Below are positions 27,872-39,277 of a stretch of DNA of 64,000 nucleotides, piece by piece. The position numbers were made by a program, and so were the translations under genes. Position 1 is the stretch's first letter; each line of letters opens with the position of its first letter. The notes below the pieces were generated by a model. The model was not told the origin of the DNA. It saw only the letters and a program-made list of their open reading frames with translations, and ran no database searches. Origin of the DNA: an uncultured Spirochaetota bacterium (GTDB lineage Bacteria > Spirochaetota > Spirochaetia > SZUA-6 > Fen-1364). The stretch is taken from assembly GCA_963845535.1 (NCBI GenBank), contig CAWJSK010000015.1:224001-288000 (forward strand). Direction: 5' to 3'.

Positions 27872-29379
27872 CAGTACGCTCCTCCGACCTGGACGGCCGC
27901 CACGCGCTGCGCGAAGGGGAGGATGCCGCCGGTGATCATGTCCATAATCGCCCGCGGGTAGAGGCCGAAACCGATCAGGACGGCCGCCAGCACGACGATG
28001 GGCACCAACTCCACGCCGCGGGCATCCTTGAGATGGTCCCACTTCGGGTTGCGCGGACCGAAGAACATGCGCTGGAACACCCAGAGGACGTAGATCGCGG
28101 TCAGGACAACGGCAAAGATCGAGATGACCGTGGTGACGGGGAACGCCTGGATTCCCCCGGAGAATACGGTGAACTCGGCAACAAAGTTGAACATGCCGGG
28201 GAGGCCCAGGGAGGCGAGTCCCGCAATCAGGAAAGCGGCGGCCACCCTGGGCATCTGGTGCGCAAGCCCTCCGAAATCATCGATGACGCGGGTATGGGCC
28301 TTGTCATAGACGAGGCCGACAATGGCGAAGAAGAGGGCCGCCATGATTCCGTGGGCGAACATCTGCGCCACCGCCCCGTCAATGGAAGCGGAGGTCAGGG
28401 AAGCGATCCCGATAAGGACAAAGCCCATGTGGCTGATGGACGAGTTGGCGACCACGAACTTCAGGTCTTTCTGCACCATTGCCACAAACGCGATGTACAC
28501 GGCGTTCACCGCGGCAAGCACGGCGATGGTGGGGGCCCAGAAAGCCGCGCCCTCGGGGAAAAGCCCGATGCCGACGCGTATCAGGGCGTAGCCGCCGAGC
28601 TTCATGATGACCCCGGCAAGAAGCATCGAGATGGCCGTGGGCGCGGCGGAGTGGCCGTCCGGGGTCCAGCGATGGAGCGGGAAGAGTGGCACGAGCACGC
28701 CGAAGCCCGCCAGCAGGAGAAAGAACACGAGCTTCTGGAAGCCTGCGTCGAAATGGATTGCCGAGAGTGAAGCCAGATCAAAGGTCCAAGCGCCCACGCC
28801 ATGCGCTGGATTGTGCGCGTAGGCGTAGATGGCAAGAATGGCGATGAGGGCCAGCGCCGAACCGGACAGGAGATACATCGTATACTTCATTGCCGCGTAT
28901 TCTTTTCGCGTGCTCCCCCAGACGCTGATGAGGATGTACTTCGGGATCACCGCTATCTCGATGAACATGAAGAGAACGAGAAGATCCATGGACAGGAAGA
29001 CGCCGAACACCCCGCCGACAAGGACAAGAGTGTAGATGAAGAACTCCTGGGACCGGGTCTCAAGGCGCCAGGTCACAAAGACGCCGGCAAACAGGATGAT
29101 GGAAGTCAAGAGGACGAGCGGGAGGCTCAGGCCGTCCGCGCCGAAATCGAGATGGATGCCGAGACTTTCCACCCAGGTGATGCGTTCGACGAACTGCATG
29201 CCGCCGACGCCACGGTCGTACAGGATCATGGCGGCCAGTGTCAGGCCGAGGGAAAGGATGGAAGCGAGAAGCGCAATGGAGCGAATCACGCCCCGGCGTC
29301 CCTCCGGCACGAACAGGAGAAGAAAGGCGCCGACGAACGGGGAAAGGATGATTGCCGGGAGCAGATGGATCTGGTTCAA
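27871..29379 (-). CDS. nuoM: Complex I subunit M
   Basis: 'DGLSLPL', 'PLFPLHRWTPDGHSAAPT', 'MKLGGY', 'SSISHMGF', 'AHG'. Confidence 0.95.
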   Translation of the reverse strand: MNQIHLLPAIILSPFVGAFLLLFVPEGRRGVIRSIALLASILSLGLTLAAMILYDRGVGGMQFVERITWVESLGIHLDFGADGLSLPLVLLTSIILFAGVFVTWRLETRSQEFFIYTLVLVGGVFGVFLSMDLLVLFMFIEIAVIPKYILISVWGSTRKEYAAMKYTMYLLSGSALALIAILAIYAYAHNPAHGVGAWTFDLASLSAIHFDAGFQKLVFFLLLAGFGVLVPLFPLHRWTPDGHSAAPTAISMLLAGVIMKLGGYALIRVGIGLFPEGAAFWAPTIAVLAAVNAVYIAFVAMVQKDLKFVVANSSISHMGFVLIGIASLTSASIDGAVAQMFAHGIMAALFFAIVGLVYDKAHTRVIDDFGGLAHQMPRVAAAFLIAGLASLGLPGMFNFVAEFTVFSGGIQAFPVTTVISIFAVVLTAIYVLWVFQRMFFGPRNPKWDHLKDARGVELVPIVVLAAVLIGFGLYPRAIMDMITGGILPFAQRVAAVQVGGAY

Positions 29380-31319
29380 TTGAGAATACCTCCCAGCACA
29401 CCGGTGGAGATCACAACCACGGCGATGACGATGGCAGCGAAGATGATCAGGGCGTAGGCTTGCAGCTTGCCGGACTCCGTCAGGCGCAGCTTTCTGCCGG
29501 CCGCTCTTGTGGCGGCGCCGGTTCCGTCAAAAAAGCCGTCGATGATTTTGTGGTCAATCCAATCGAAGACGACTCCCACAACGAGCATGACCTTCGAAAA
29601 AATCCAGCCGTAAATCTCATCGATAAAGAACTTCCTCTGGAGAAGCCGGTAAACGGGCCCGAAAGCCACGGCAAGCCGCTCCGCCTTGATGAATCTGCGC
29701 CCGTAGACGACCCAGGCCAGGAAGATGCCGCCGGCGGCCATGGCAGTGGAGATTGTTGCCGTGAGGAGGTCCAGCCGGGAGGCTTCCGGCTCTCCGAAGA
29801 AGATGAAGGAACCGAAGGAGAAGCCGAACGCGCCCTTGAACCAGGGAGAGCCCGTCAGGCCTGCCACGATTGTGAGAGCTGCAAGAATCAGAAGGGGAAC
29901 CGTCATTGCGGGGCCGGACTCATGAGCATGTAATCCGTCAGCGGTCTTGCCGCCGAAAGCAGTGAAAATGAGCCGGAACATGTAGAACGCTGTCATGAAG
30001 GCAACACCGAGACCGAGGGCATAGAGCCCGATGTGCCCCGAGGCGAGCGATGCAAGAAGGATCTCGTCCTTGCTCCAGAAGCCGGCAAGCGGGAACACCC
30101 CGGAAAGCGCAAGGGCCCCGATGACGAACGTCACGGCGGTGATCTTCATCTTCCCGCCGAGCCCGCCCATCTTGAAGATGTCCTGCTCTCCCGTGGCGTG
30201 GATGACGCTCCCTGCCCCCAGGAAGAGGAGGGCCTTGAAAAATGCGTGGGTGGTCAGGTGGAACATGCCCGCGCTCATGCTGCCCACGCCGAGTGCCATG
30301 AACATGTAGCCCAACTGGCTGAGCGTGGAGTAGGCCAGGATGCGCTTGATGTCCTTCTGCACGAGCGCGATTGATGCGGCAAAGAACGCGGTGAAGCCGC
30401 CGACGTACGCCATGGTCTCCATCACCGCAGGCACGTTTGCAAACAGCACGAAGCCGCGCGCAATGAGGTACACGCCTGCGGCCACCATGGTGGCCGCGTG
30501 GATCAGCGCGCTCACCGGGGTGGGGCCCTCCATAGCGTCGGGAAGCCACACGTGGAAGGGGAACTGCGCGGATTTGCCAAGAGGGCCAACAAAGATGAGG
30601 CCGGCAATCAACGCGAGCACGGCGCTGCCCCGAGCGCCGGAGATGGCGGTGGAAAGCTGGCCAAAATCAAAGGTGCCGAAGACGGAGAACAGGAGAAGGA
30701 TGCCGGTCATGAAGCCGAAGTCCGCCCATCGATTGGTCACGAAGGCCTTCCTGCTGGCGTCCGCGGCGGACGGCTTCTCGAACCAGAACCCAATGAGAAG
30801 GTAGGAGGAGAGGCCGACCAGCTCCCAGAAAACGAACGTCTGGAAGTAGTTGTCCGCCACCACGAGGCCCAGCATGGAGAAGGCGAAAAGAGAAAGGTAG
30901 GCGAAGTAGCGTGAGAAGCCGGGGTCACCCTTCATGTAGCCGAGGGAGTAGACGGTGACGAGGAAGGCGACAAGGCTCACAATGACGCACATCGTGGCGG
31001 AGAGCGGGTCCACGAGGACCCCCATGGCCAGCTCGAGGCCGCGGAAACGACCCACGGAGGGAATGGAAAGCCACGGGATGGAGGCGTGGGCTCCCGAGAA
31101 GGCGCCCGGAAGGGCTCCCGTAGTTGCAGCTCCCGCTGTTGCGGCTCCCCCGATCACCCCGGCGAGGTTTCCAACAGACAACGCCAGAGACGCCCCGCCT
31201 GCCAGGATGGCAATGAGGGCGCTCAGCGTCGGGGCTTTCCGTGTCACGAAGGCGATAAGCACGAATGCCGCAAACGGTGCCGCCACAAGGGCGATTGCCG
31301 AAGGTATCATGATCATCAC
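29376..31319 (-). CDS. nuoL: Complex I subunit L
   Basis: '[32 protein letters not shown]', 'HAFFKALLF'. Confidence 0.96.
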   Translation of the reverse strand: MMIMIPSAIALVAAPFAAFVLIAFVTRKAPTLSALIAILAGGASLALSVGNLAGVIGGAATAGAATTGALPGAFSGAHASIPWLSIPSVGRFRGLELAMGVLVDPLSATMCVIVSLVAFLVTVYSLGYMKGDPGFSRYFAYLSLFAFSMLGLVVADNYFQTFVFWELVGLSSYLLIGFWFEKPSAADASRKAFVTNRWADFGFMTGILLLFSVFGTFDFGQLSTAISGARGSAVLALIAGLIFVGPLGKSAQFPFHVWLPDAMEGPTPVSALIHAATMVAAGVYLIARGFVLFANVPAVMETMAYVGGFTAFFAASIALVQKDIKRILAYSTLSQLGYMFMALGVGSMSAGMFHLTTHAFFKALLFLGAGSVIHATGEQDIFKMGGLGGKMKITAVTFVIGALALSGVFPLAGFWSKDEILLASLASGHIGLYALGLGVAFMTAFYMFRLIFTAFGGKTADGLHAHESGPAMTVPLLILAALTIVAGLTGSPWFKGAFGFSFGSFIFFGEPEASRLDLLTATISTAMAAGGIFLAWVVYGRRFIKAERLAVAFGPVYRLLQRKFFIDEIYGWIFSKVMLVVGVVFDWIDHKIIDGFFDGTGAATRAAGRKLRLTESGKLQAYALIIFAAIVIAVVVISTGVLGGILN

Positions 31320-31624
31320 CCCTTGAGCGCGTCCAGGTCGTCCACGGTGGTGCTCGCGCGGCGACGGTACAGGGTCAGGATGATCGCGAGCCCCACGGCC
31401 ACTTCAGCCGCTGCCACCGCGATGATGAAGATGGCGAATGCCTGCCCCAGGGGAGCCGAATGGGCCCCGAACCGGTCGAAGGCCACCAAGTTCAGGTTCA
31501 CGGCGTTGAGCATGAGCTCGACGCCCATGAGGACGGCAATCGCGTTGCGTTTCGCCACGGCTCCAAGAAAGCCGATGCAGAAAAGCAGCGCGGAGAGTAT
31601 GAGATACTGGCTCAAACCAATCAT
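31316..31624 (-). CDS. nuoK: Complex I subunit K
   Basis: '[14 protein letters not shown]', '[12 protein letters not shown]'. Confidence 0.96.
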   Translation of the reverse strand: MIGLSQYLILSALLFCIGFLGAVAKRNAIAVLMGVELMLNAVNLNLVAFDRFGAHSAPLGQAFAIFIIAVAAAEVAVGLAIILTLYRRRASTTVDDLDALKG

Positions 31625-32153
31625 GATGATTTTTTCGTTCCCTTTCCGATTGCGATGGCCCCGGTCAGTGCGGCCAGAAGAATGAGGCCCGAGGCTTCAA
31701 GCGGCAGCGCCATGTCGCCAAGGAGGAGGCCGGAGATCGAGACCGCGCTGCCGGATGCGGCAGTTGCCGCGAGGGCGTGTCCGCGCTGGGAGCGGACGTT
31801 TGCGCGGCAACTGCGTGGGAGACCACGATGGCGCGCGCCAGCAGGGCGAAAAGCCCGACCCCGATGAGGACCGCCAGGAAGCCATAGCGGTTGAACCGGT
31901 TCGTGTCTTCCATGCGCGCGCGCTTGGTAAGCATGATGCCGAAAACAAACAGCACCGAGATCGCCCCGACATAGACCAGGATCTGGACCACCGCGACGTA
32001 GTCAGCCTGCAGGAGGAGGTAGATGAAGGCCATGCCGAGGAAGGCGGCAGCCATGAAGAGGGCGCTGTGCACCAGGTTCCTCGACATGACCATGGCGAGG
32101 GCCGAAAGCACAATGATTGCGGCGAATGCGTAGAAAAGGATGCCCTGGACCAT
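31621..32153 (-). CDS. nuoJ: Complex I subunit J, frameshift near 31775
   Basis: 'NLVHSAL', '[15 protein letters not shown]'; last TM '[20 protein letters not shown]' is in another frame ending at 31621. Confidence 0.9.
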
Positions 32154-32156
32154 GAC

Positions 32157-32588
32157 TTACTCTCCTCCGCTTTCAGGCGCGGCCGGAGTGGGGAGCTGCG
32201 GAGGCGGGTAAACGCTCCCCCTCCAGGTGAAGACCGCGTCATCCTTTCTGTAGCATGCGAGGTCGAAGTCCGCCTTGAAAAAGATTGCGCTCTTGGGGCA
32301 CGCCTCGACGCACAAACCGCAGAACAGGCAGTAGCCGAGATCCATGCTGTACCGCTTCAGCTGCCGCCTGTTCCTCTCCCCCAGGAAGTACTCCACGCGG
32401 ATGACCCCGTTGGGACAGGCGTCCGAGCAGAGCCCGCAGGAAGTGCAGGCGTCCACGTCGAAGCCGAAGGAACCCTTGCTTCTCACCGGGAGATCAGGCA
32501 GCTCCTCCGGATACTGCTGCGTCACCTTCTTCATGAGGAAACGCTTCGCCGTGGTAAAGAGACCTTGTGCCAATCCAATGCCAAACAC
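32157..32588 (-). CDS. nuoI: Complex I subunit I (2x[4Fe-4S])
   Basis: 'VTQQYPEE', '[12 protein letters not shown]', '[12 protein letters not shown]'; GTG 32588 preceded by GAGGTG. Confidence 0.93.
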   Translation of the reverse strand: MFGIGLAQGLFTTAKRFLMKKVTQQYPEELPDLPVRSKGSFGFDVDACTSCGLCSDACPNGVIRVEYFLGERNRRQLKRYSMDLGYCLFCGLCVEACPKSAIFFKADFDLACYRKDDAVFTWRGSVYPPPQLPTPAAPESGGE

Positions 32589-32593
32589 GCTGA

Positions 32594-33642
32594 TCACCTC
32601 GTCATGTACTGGTAGAGCTTGATGCCGACACCGGTCATGAGGATGTTCAGGATGGAGAGCGGGATGAGGAACTTCCAGCTGAACTTCATCATCTTGTCGA
32701 TCCGCGCGCGCGGGAACGTCCAGCGGAGCCAGAGGATCAGGAGGATCATGGCCCAGGTCTTCCCGATGAACCAGAGATAGCCCGGGCAGGATGGGCCCTT
32801 GCCAGCCGCCAAGAAACAGAGTGGCCCCGAGGGCGGCCACGCTGAAGAGGTTGGCGTACTCCGCCATGAAGAAAAGCGCGAACCGCATCCCCGAGTACTC
32901 GGTGTGGTAGCCGGCAACGATCTCCTGCTCCGCCTCCGTCATGTCGAAGGGGGACCGGGTCAGCTCGGCAAGGGCCGACACCATGAACACGAAGAATGCC
33001 ACGGGCTGGAGGAAGACGAACCAGAGCCCGTGCTGCGCCGCGGAAATCTGCCCGAGATTCATGGAGCCGGAAAGCATCACGACTCCCAGCATGGAGAAGG
33101 CCAGCGGGATCTCGTAGCTGATCACCTGCGCCACCGTGCGCATTCCCCCGAGGAGCGAATACTTGTTGTTGGAACCCCAGCCGGCCATCAGGATGGCAAT
33201 GGTCGACGTGGATGACAGGGCGATGAAAAAGAGAAGGCCTGCGTTCAGGTTCACCGGCGACATGCCCTTCCCGAAGGAAAGCAGCCCGTAGAGCACCATG
33301 GCAACCGTGAAGACGAGAAGGGGCGCGAGCTTGTACACGCGCTTGTCCGCAGCCCTGGGCATGATGGATTCCTTGCCGATCAGCTTGACTGCGTCATTGA
33401 CGGATTGCAGGAGACCGAACGGCCCCACGCGGTTCGGGACCGAGGCGCTCCTGGAAGAAGCTCGCCGCCCGTCTGTCCACCCAGAGAATGAGGATGATGT
33501 TGACCATGACAAGCGCTGCCACCGCGACAAAGGAGATGAGGCCCATGACCGCATCCGACAGGAGCGCGGGGAAACCCAGGGATCCCATGAGCCCGCGCAG
33601 GAAAGCCGCCACGATCAGGAAAAGGTCGTTCAAGGTCTGCAT
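32594..33642 (-). CDS. nuoH: Complex I subunit H, two frameshifts (near 33440 and 32783)
   Basis: Segments '[16 protein letters not shown]...[12 protein letters not shown]...[10 protein letters not shown]...GGWQGP/YLWF...WLRWTFPR' lie in three ORFs; removing 2 bases gives 349 codons. Confidence 0.92.
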
Positions 33643-33651
33643 GCGCGCAAC

Positions 33652-34794
33652 CTACCTGTCGATCTCGCCCAGGACGATGTCCAGCGAGGCCAGCGTTGCC
33701 ACGAAATCCTGGATGGTCAGCCCTGGCGCCAGCTCGGGCAGGATGCCGATGTTGACAAATGACGGCGAACGGAGGTGCATGCGGTACGGCTTCGTGCTTC
33801 CGTCGCTCACGATGTGATACCCCTGGATGCCGCGCGCGCTTTCAATCTGTCCGAACACCTCCCCCGCCGGGGGCTTCCAGACCTTTCGCAGCTTTGTTCG
33901 AACCGGGCCTGAGGGAAGGGCGCCTAAAGCCTGTTCGACGATGCTGACACTCTGCAGGATCTCCCGGAGCCGGATGGAGTAACGGTCAAAGCAGTCACCG
34001 CCCCGCAGCACGGGAACCTCGAAGTCCAGGCGGGGATAGATCCCGTAGGGAGCATCCTTGCGCAGGTCGAGGCCCACGCCGCAGGAGCGCAGGTTGGGGC
34101 CCGTCATGCCGTACTCCAGGGCCTGGCCGGATTCGATCACGCCAATCCCCTTCGTGCGTCCGAGGAATATCTCGTTGCCCGAGACCAGGAGCTGGAAGTC
34201 ATCCAGGCGCGAGCGCAGCTCATTGAAAGTCTTTCTTACTTTTGATTCGAACTCCTCGGGCAGGTCTTCCGAGACGCCGCCGGCCACGATGTAATTGATC
34301 ATCATGCGCGACCCGGACACCGCTTCCAGGAGATCCAGGATTCCCTCCCGCGCGGTGAAGGCGTACATCCAGCCGGTGACGGCGTTCAGGTCGATGACCA
34401 TGCTGGCCAGCATCACGAGATGGCTGGCAATGCGCTGCAGCTCGGCAACGATCACGCGCAGGTACTCGGCCCGCTCGGGAACTTCGACGCCGCCGAGCTT
34501 CTCCACGGCAAGGGCGTACCCCCATGTGTTGAGCGCACCGGCCAGATAGTCGAACCGCGCCGTAAAGGACGCGAACTGCGCGTAGGTCCGCGACTCGGCG
34601 AGCTTTTCCATGCCGCGATGCAGGTAGCCGATGATGTTCTCACACGAAACGATGGTCTCACCGTTGAGGCGCAGCCGGGCGCGAAAGACGCCATGCGTGC
34701 TGGGGTGCTGAGGGCCAAGGTTGAGGACAAACTCCTCGGTCTCCAGGGCGTCGAAGCCAGGGACCTCGGAAAAGTTGATGGCGCTGTCACTCAT
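33652..34794 (-). CDS. nuoD: Complex I subunit D
   Basis: 'GPQHPSTHGV', 'GYLHRGMEK', 'RFDY', 'SLDIVLGEIDR'; no NiFe CxxC motifs. Confidence 0.96.
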   Translation of the reverse strand: MSDSAINFSEVPGFDALETEEFVLNLGPQHPSTHGVFRARLRLNGETIVSCENIIGYLHRGMEKLAESRTYAQFASFTARFDYLAGALNTWGYALAVEKLGGVEVPERAEYLRVIVAELQRIASHLVMLASMVIDLNAVTGWMYAFTAREGILDLLEAVSGSRMMINYIVAGGVSEDLPEEFESKVRKTFNELRSRLDDFQLLVSGNEIFLGRTKGIGVIESGQALEYGMTGPNLRSCGVGLDLRKDAPYGIYPRLDFEVPVLRGGDCFDRYSIRLREILQSVSIVEQALGALPSGPVRTKLRKVWKPPAGEVFGQIESARGIQGYHIVSDGSTKPYRMHLRSPSFVNIGILPELAPGLTIQDFVATLASLDIVLGEIDR

Positions 34795-35252
34795 GTGCGG
34801 GCTTCTCCCGGGCTGTCCTCAAAGCGGGGCGCCGGCTGGACAATGAAGTCCTTGCGCAGCGGATGGCCTTCGAAATCGTCCTTGCACAGGATGCGTTTCA
34901 GGCCTTCCCGGCCGTCAAATCGCACACCCATGAGGTCCCATACCTCGCGCTCCAGGACGTCAGCGGCTTTCCAGACACCGACCACGGAAGGAAGCCGCGG
35001 GTCAGCCTTGTCCGCGTGGACCTTGACCGTGAACACGCCTACCGCCCCTTCACCGGCTCGGTCGAGAAGCCGGTAGGCCACTTCGAAGGCTTCGTGATGA
35101 TCAACCGCGTCGATGTCCAGGAGCATGAAGTCACCCAGCCGTTTGAGGGCGGACAGAACCCCGATGAGCTCAGAGGCCTGAACCAGCGCCTCGCGGCCGG
35201 CCCCTCTTGTTTCACGTCCAATGGCTTTGAGAAGAACTGCAGAATCACGCAT
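34791..35252 (-). CDS. nuoC: Complex I subunit C (short form)
   Basis: '[12 protein letters not shown]', 'GHPLRKDF'. Confidence 0.93.
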   Translation of the reverse strand: MRDSAVLLKAIGRETRGAGREALVQASELIGVLSALKRLGDFMLLDIDAVDHHEAFEVAYRLLDRAGEGAVGVFTVKVHADKADPRLPSVVGVWKAADVLEREVWDLMGVRFDGREGLKRILCKDDFEGHPLRKDFIVQPAPRFEDSPGEART

Positions 35253-35757
35253 GGAACTTCGCCTTCGACAGTGCCGGACTTCTTAGCCTGGCGCGCAGCT
35301 TGAGGAATGCGTCGATCAACGCCTCCGGCCGCGGAGGGCAGCCTGGGAGGTACACGTCCACGGGAACAATCTTGTCCACGCCTTTGACTACGGAGTAGGA
35401 ATCTGCAAACGGTCCGCCGGAAATCGCGCAGCCCCCCATTGCAATCACGTATTTCGGATCCGGCATCTGCTCGTAGAGGCGCTTCAGCACAGGCGCCATC
35501 TTGTCCGTCAACGTGCCTGCCACGATCATGACGTCCGCCTGCCGCGGTGATGGACGGAAGACCTCGAAGCCGAAGCGCGAAATGTCATAGCGCGCCCCAC
35601 CTGCCGCCATCATCTCTATGGAGCAGCAGGCAAGCCCGAATGACACGGGCCACAGGGAGTTCGACCTGCAGAAGTCCAATGCCATCTCCACTGAAGAAAA
35701 TGCCACGTAGATGGCATTGTTCTTCAGCTCCTCGACGTCTCTCTCTGCTACGTCCAT
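35245..35757 (-). CDS. nuoB: Complex I subunit B
   Basis: 'GLACCSIEM', 'SPRQAD', '[10 protein letters not shown]', 'PGCPPRPE'; start ATG 35757. Confidence 0.96.
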   Translation of the reverse strand: MDVAERDVEELKNNAIYVAFSSVEMALDFCRSNSLWPVSFGLACCSIEMMAAGGARYDISRFGFEVFRPSPRQADVMIVAGTLTDKMAPVLKRLYEQMPDPKYVIAMGGCAISGGPFADSYSVVKGVDKIVPVDVYLPGCPPRPEALIDAFLKLRARLRSPALSKAKFHA

Positions 35758-36104
35758 TCGAAAGCTCCCCTGCGCCACGCGTACCAGATTCCCATGGCCA
35801 GCACTCCGATGAAAATTGCCATCTCGGCAAAAGGAGCCATCCCGACGGACTTGAATGTCAGCGCCCAGGGATACAGAAAGGCCGTTTCCACGTCGAAGAT
35901 GACGAACACGAGAGCGGAGAGGTAGTATCCGATCCTGAACTGGATCCAGGTGGGCCCTTCGGTATCCAGCCCGCACTCGTAGGTGCGTTCCTTCTCCCTG
36001 CCGCCGTGCCGCGGGCGCAGCAGCCAGTTGGTCACCATTACAATCAGGGCAAAAAGGAACCCGCCCGCCAGGAATATGAGAAAAGGCAGATAACCCGTCA
36101 GCAT
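35748..36104 (-). CDS. nuoA: Complex I subunit A
   Basis: 'TYECG', '[15 protein letters not shown]'. Confidence 0.96.
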   Translation of the reverse strand: MLTGYLPFLIFLAGGFLFALIVMVTNWLLRPRHGGREKERTYECGLDTEGPTWIQFRIGYYLSALVFVIFDVETAFLYPWALTFKSVGMAPFAEMAIFIGVLAMGIWYAWRRGAFEWT

Positions 36105-36120
36105 GCGCTCCTCCTCCCCA

Positions 36121-39100
36121 TTAGAAGATTGCCGTCTCAGGCAGCTTGCCGGTCTTGATGTAGCCGATCATTGCCGGGGTCACCAGTCGGGCAATCTCCG
36201 GCAGGACGTGGGGCATCATGCGGTCCATGGTCCTGGGCATGAGATCCGGCATCTGTTTGCGCATGTGCTCGGGCATGGCGATCATCTTCTCCACCTCGGC
36301 AAGCATGTCGGGCATGACCCTTGGCATGAGGATGGGCATCAGGAGCGGCATCATGCCCGGCATCATTGCCGCCATGAGCCTGTCCAGGCCGGGCACCCTG
36401 GCCATCTGCATCATTGCGCGCAGCGGCAAGGGAAGCGCCTCGATCATGCTCGGGATGAGCATGGTCAGGAGCTTGGCCAGGTTTTCCGTCTTCATGAGCG
36501 TGATGACCTTGTCGAACACGCCCCACATCTCCAGGGCGTAATCCGTGGGATCCGGCAGCTCGATGCCGAGCCCCTTGGCTGCAAGCGACGCCAAATCCTT
36601 GACCGGCATCTTCTGGTGGTTCACGTCCGCGGAGACGCGCATCTGGAACTCGCAGCAGGGGCACAGGGCCACAAGCGCGTCTGCCCCGGTATCGATGGCT
36701 TCCTGCAGCTTGCGCTTGCCCAGGAGGTTCGACGTCGGCTCGGGCTCACTGACGCGCGTCAGCACGGAGCCGCAGCACAAGGCGTTCTCCCGGTTATGAG
36801 CCATCTCAACCAGCTCGATGCCGGGGATGGCCTCGAGCATTTTCCGCGGCGGCTCGTAAACGCCGCCTGCCCGGCCAATGTGGCAGGAATCATGGAAGGT
36901 GACCTTCATGTCCACGGAGTGCGTGAACTTCAATTCACCGGAATCGAGCTTCTCCTCAACGATCTCTGAGTAGTGTTTTGCCTCGATATCGTACTCAATG
37001 CCGAGCTTCTTCGCCCACTGCGGGTAGTAGGTCTTCCAGGCGAGCCAGCAGGCGGGGCAGGAGGCGACGACCGTCTTGACCCCCTTCTCCTTCATCTTGG
37101 AGATGTTGTGCCTGAGGATCTCCTCGAACACGTCCCAACGGCCGGAAACCAGCATTGGGATGCCGCAGCATGCCTCGTCCTTGCCGAGGGTGGTGAACTC
37201 CACCCCCGCGGCCGAAAGGAGGCGCGCTGACCCGACGGCGATATCCGGCTCAACAAAGGAGGCGGTGCACCCGGCAAAGTAGGCCACCTCCGCATTGTCT
37301 TTGATCTCTGCCTTGAGGTCTTCCGGGATCCATTTGTCGCGGTCAGCCGCGAAGCTGGCCCAGATGTTCTTCTCCTTGCGTGCGCTTGCTGCCATGAGCT
37401 CGATGGCCGGGAACGTCATCTGCTTTCCCGTGTTGACAAGCTCTCCGCGCATGACGGCCCAGGAGGGCTCGATAGGAAGGTCAAGCTGGCACTCGAAGTC
37501 GCAGCGCTCGCAGGTGGTGCACATGAGGAAGGAGTCCGTCACTTCCTGGTCGAACCGGTCCTTGCCCTCTGCCACCCTGCGGATGAAAGCCCATTTGCCG
37601 CGCGGGCTTGCGGACTCCCAACCCTTGCCGTCATACAGGGTGCAGACCTGGCGGCAATAGCCGCACCCGGCGCAGGCATAGGCATACCAGATGATATCCC
37701 CGGGAATACCTGCCCGTGGCTTCCAGACTTCTGCAAGCCGCGGCCGGACCATGTTGCCCATGATTCTCACGATCGGCTCGAACCATAGCGCCAGGGTGAT
37801 GACGATCTTCATGAGCCAGATGCCGGAGAGCTTGCCCGGGTTGAACAGGTCGCGATCGTCCTTGTTCCGCTTGTGATCCTGCCACAGCTTCAGCCGCATG
37901 CCATGGACCGCCCGCGCCTCCTGGCCAAGGAAGAGGCCCGAGGCGTAGGCACGGCCGCCAAGGCGCTTTGCCAGCCTGAGGATGCTCAGGGAAAGCATGA
38001 AGGCCAGATTGAAGGTGAGCTTCCTGCGGTCGTGCGGGATGATGCAGAGAAGGATGACCTCCTCGCCCTTGACCACGGTGGCCTCCACCACGACCGGCGG
38101 CCGGATGAACGCGTCCAGGCGGTTGAAGAAAGTGGAAAGGGAGGAGAGAGGGATGATCACCTCGGCCGGGACGATGGAGGGACCGAGCCGCTTTGCCTTC
38201 ATGGGATTGAACCGGTCCTGCCACTCGTGGTCGCGCATCCAGTCCGGCAGCCAGGAAGCCCCCGCGGCGGAGACAATGGCCTTCAGCTGGGGCTCCACTT
38301 CGGCGGCCCGGGACTCCGGACAGGCAATCATCATGATGTAGGATTCGGGCAGCACGGGGCGCGGGTGGGGCACTCCGTGGTGCGTCCGCGCCGGCACCAT
38401 GTTCTTCAGCCGGGCAGCCGTGGGATTGAAGAAGCCGACGTGCCAGAGGGGAAGCGCCTGCTTTTGTGCCTGTACGATGATCTCATGTATCTTGGAGATC
38501 GAGATTGCCTCGATGGCAAAGACACGGTCCGCTTCATTCCTGCGCAGACGAATGGTCAGAGTAGTAATAATGCCCGTGGTCCCCATTGCCCCGCCTACCA
38601 GGGCCAGGTCACGACCCGTCAGCAGGCGCCGCGATCCGTCTGGATTGACAAGCGTCGCCGACTCCACGTTCTGCTCGAACCAGCCGTACTGGTAGCTTCC
38701 GAAGCCGCCTCCGCCCTGTGCAAGCCAGCCGCCCACGGTGGCGCCGGGAGCGCTCGTGGGGACCATGCGCGGGGCAAGACCGCGGAAGGATAGCTGGAAG
38801 GCCAGGTGCTTCCAGACGATGCCGGGCTCCACCGTCGCTGTCATGCGCTCCTCATCCACTGAGATGATCCGGTCGAGATGGATGAGCTCCACAACCACGG
38901 CCCCGTCAGAGGGCACAACGCCGCCGTACCCTGAGGTTGCAGCCGCGCGCGGCACAACCTTGACGCCGTTTCTGGCGGACCATTCCACGACTGCCACCAC
39001 TTCATCCTCGCTTGTCGGCTGCACGATGGCAGAGGGCACGGTCCGCCCGACAAGGAGCTTTGGCATGGAGGGAAGCTCGGAGATATCGCTCTCGTACAGG

Positions 39101-39192
39101 TGACGTTCCCTCTCGCTCAGGTTCACCCGCAGACCGCCAATGCCCTGCAAAGAGGCGAGGGCAGTGACATCCAACTCCTTCAGCTTCGACAC
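36121..39192 (-). CDS. FAD-binding (PCMH/GlcD-like) + 2x[4Fe-4S] + 2xCCG (GlcF/HdrD-like) fusion oxidoreductase with Met/Pro-rich C-terminus
   Basis: 'VVPRAAATSGYGG', 'ATVGGW', 'FNPGK'; 'CAGCGYCRQVC', 'CTTCERCDFEC'; 'FAGC..CCG..CPAC' and 'HDSCH..CCG..CPCC'. Confidence 0.9.
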   Translation of the reverse strand: MSKLKELDVTALASLQGIGGLRVNLSERERHLYESDISELPSMPKLLVGRTVPSAIVQPTSEDEVVAVVEWSARNGVKVVPRAAATSGYGGVVPSDGAVVVELIHLDRIISVDEERMTATVEPGIVWKHLAFQLSFRGLAPRMVPTSAPGATVGGWLAQGGGGFGSYQYGWFEQNVESATLVNPDGSRRLLTGRDLALVGGAMGTTGIITTLTIRLRRNEADRVFAIEAISISKIHEIIVQAQKQALPLWHVGFFNPTAARLKNMVPARTHHGVPHPRPVLPESYIMMIACPESRAAEVEPQLKAIVSAAGASWLPDWMRDHEWQDRFNPMKAKRLGPSIVPAEVIIPLSSLSTFFNRLDAFIRPPVVVEATVVKGEEVILLCIIPHDRRKLTFNLAFMLSLSILRLAKRLGGRAYASGLFLGQEARAVHGMRLKLWQDHKRNKDDRDLFNPGKLSGIWLMKIVITLALWFEPIVRIMGNMVRPRLAEVWKPRAGIPGDIIWYAYACAGCGYCRQVCTLYDGKGWESASPRGKWAFIRRVAEGKDRFDQEVTDSFLMCTTCERCDFECQLDLPIEPSWAVMRGELVNTGKQMTFPAIELMAASARKEKNIWASFAADRDKWIPEDLKAEIKDNAEVAYFAGCTASFVEPDIAVGSARLLSAAGVEFTTLGKDEACCGIPMLVSGRWDVFEEILRHNISKMKEKGVKTVVASCPACWLAWKTYYPQWAKKLGIEYDIEAKHYSEIVEEKLDSGELKFTHSVDMKVTFHDSCHIGRAGGVYEPPRKMLEAIPGIELVEMAHNRENALCCGSVLTRVSEPEPTSNLLGKRKLQEAIDTGADALVALCPCCEFQMRVSADVNHQKMPVKDLASLAAKGLGIELPDPTDYALEMWGVFDKVITLMKTENLAKLLTMLIPSMIEALPLPLRAMMQMARVPGLDRLMAAMMPGMMPLLMPILMPRVMPDMLAEVEKMIAMPEHMRKQMPDLMPRTMDRMMPHVLPEIARLVTPAMIGYIKTGKLPETAIF

Positions 39193-39277
39193 AGATTTCC
39201 CCCTTCAGGACCGCGCGGCGCACAAGGACGCCCGGATGGGTTTTTGGCTAAAGACATTCTGGGAGGTTGATGCCTTG

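Noticed and set aside
32157..33554. Apparent 465-aa NuoH-NuoI fusion
   Set aside because: Created by frameshifts; the NuoH C-terminus is in another frame (32594-32917) and nuoI has its own RBS and GTG
33652..35757. Group 4 NiFe hydrogenase
   Set aside because: The large subunit has RFDY and DIVLGEIDR with no CxxC motifs; the small subunit has complex I-type adjacent CC
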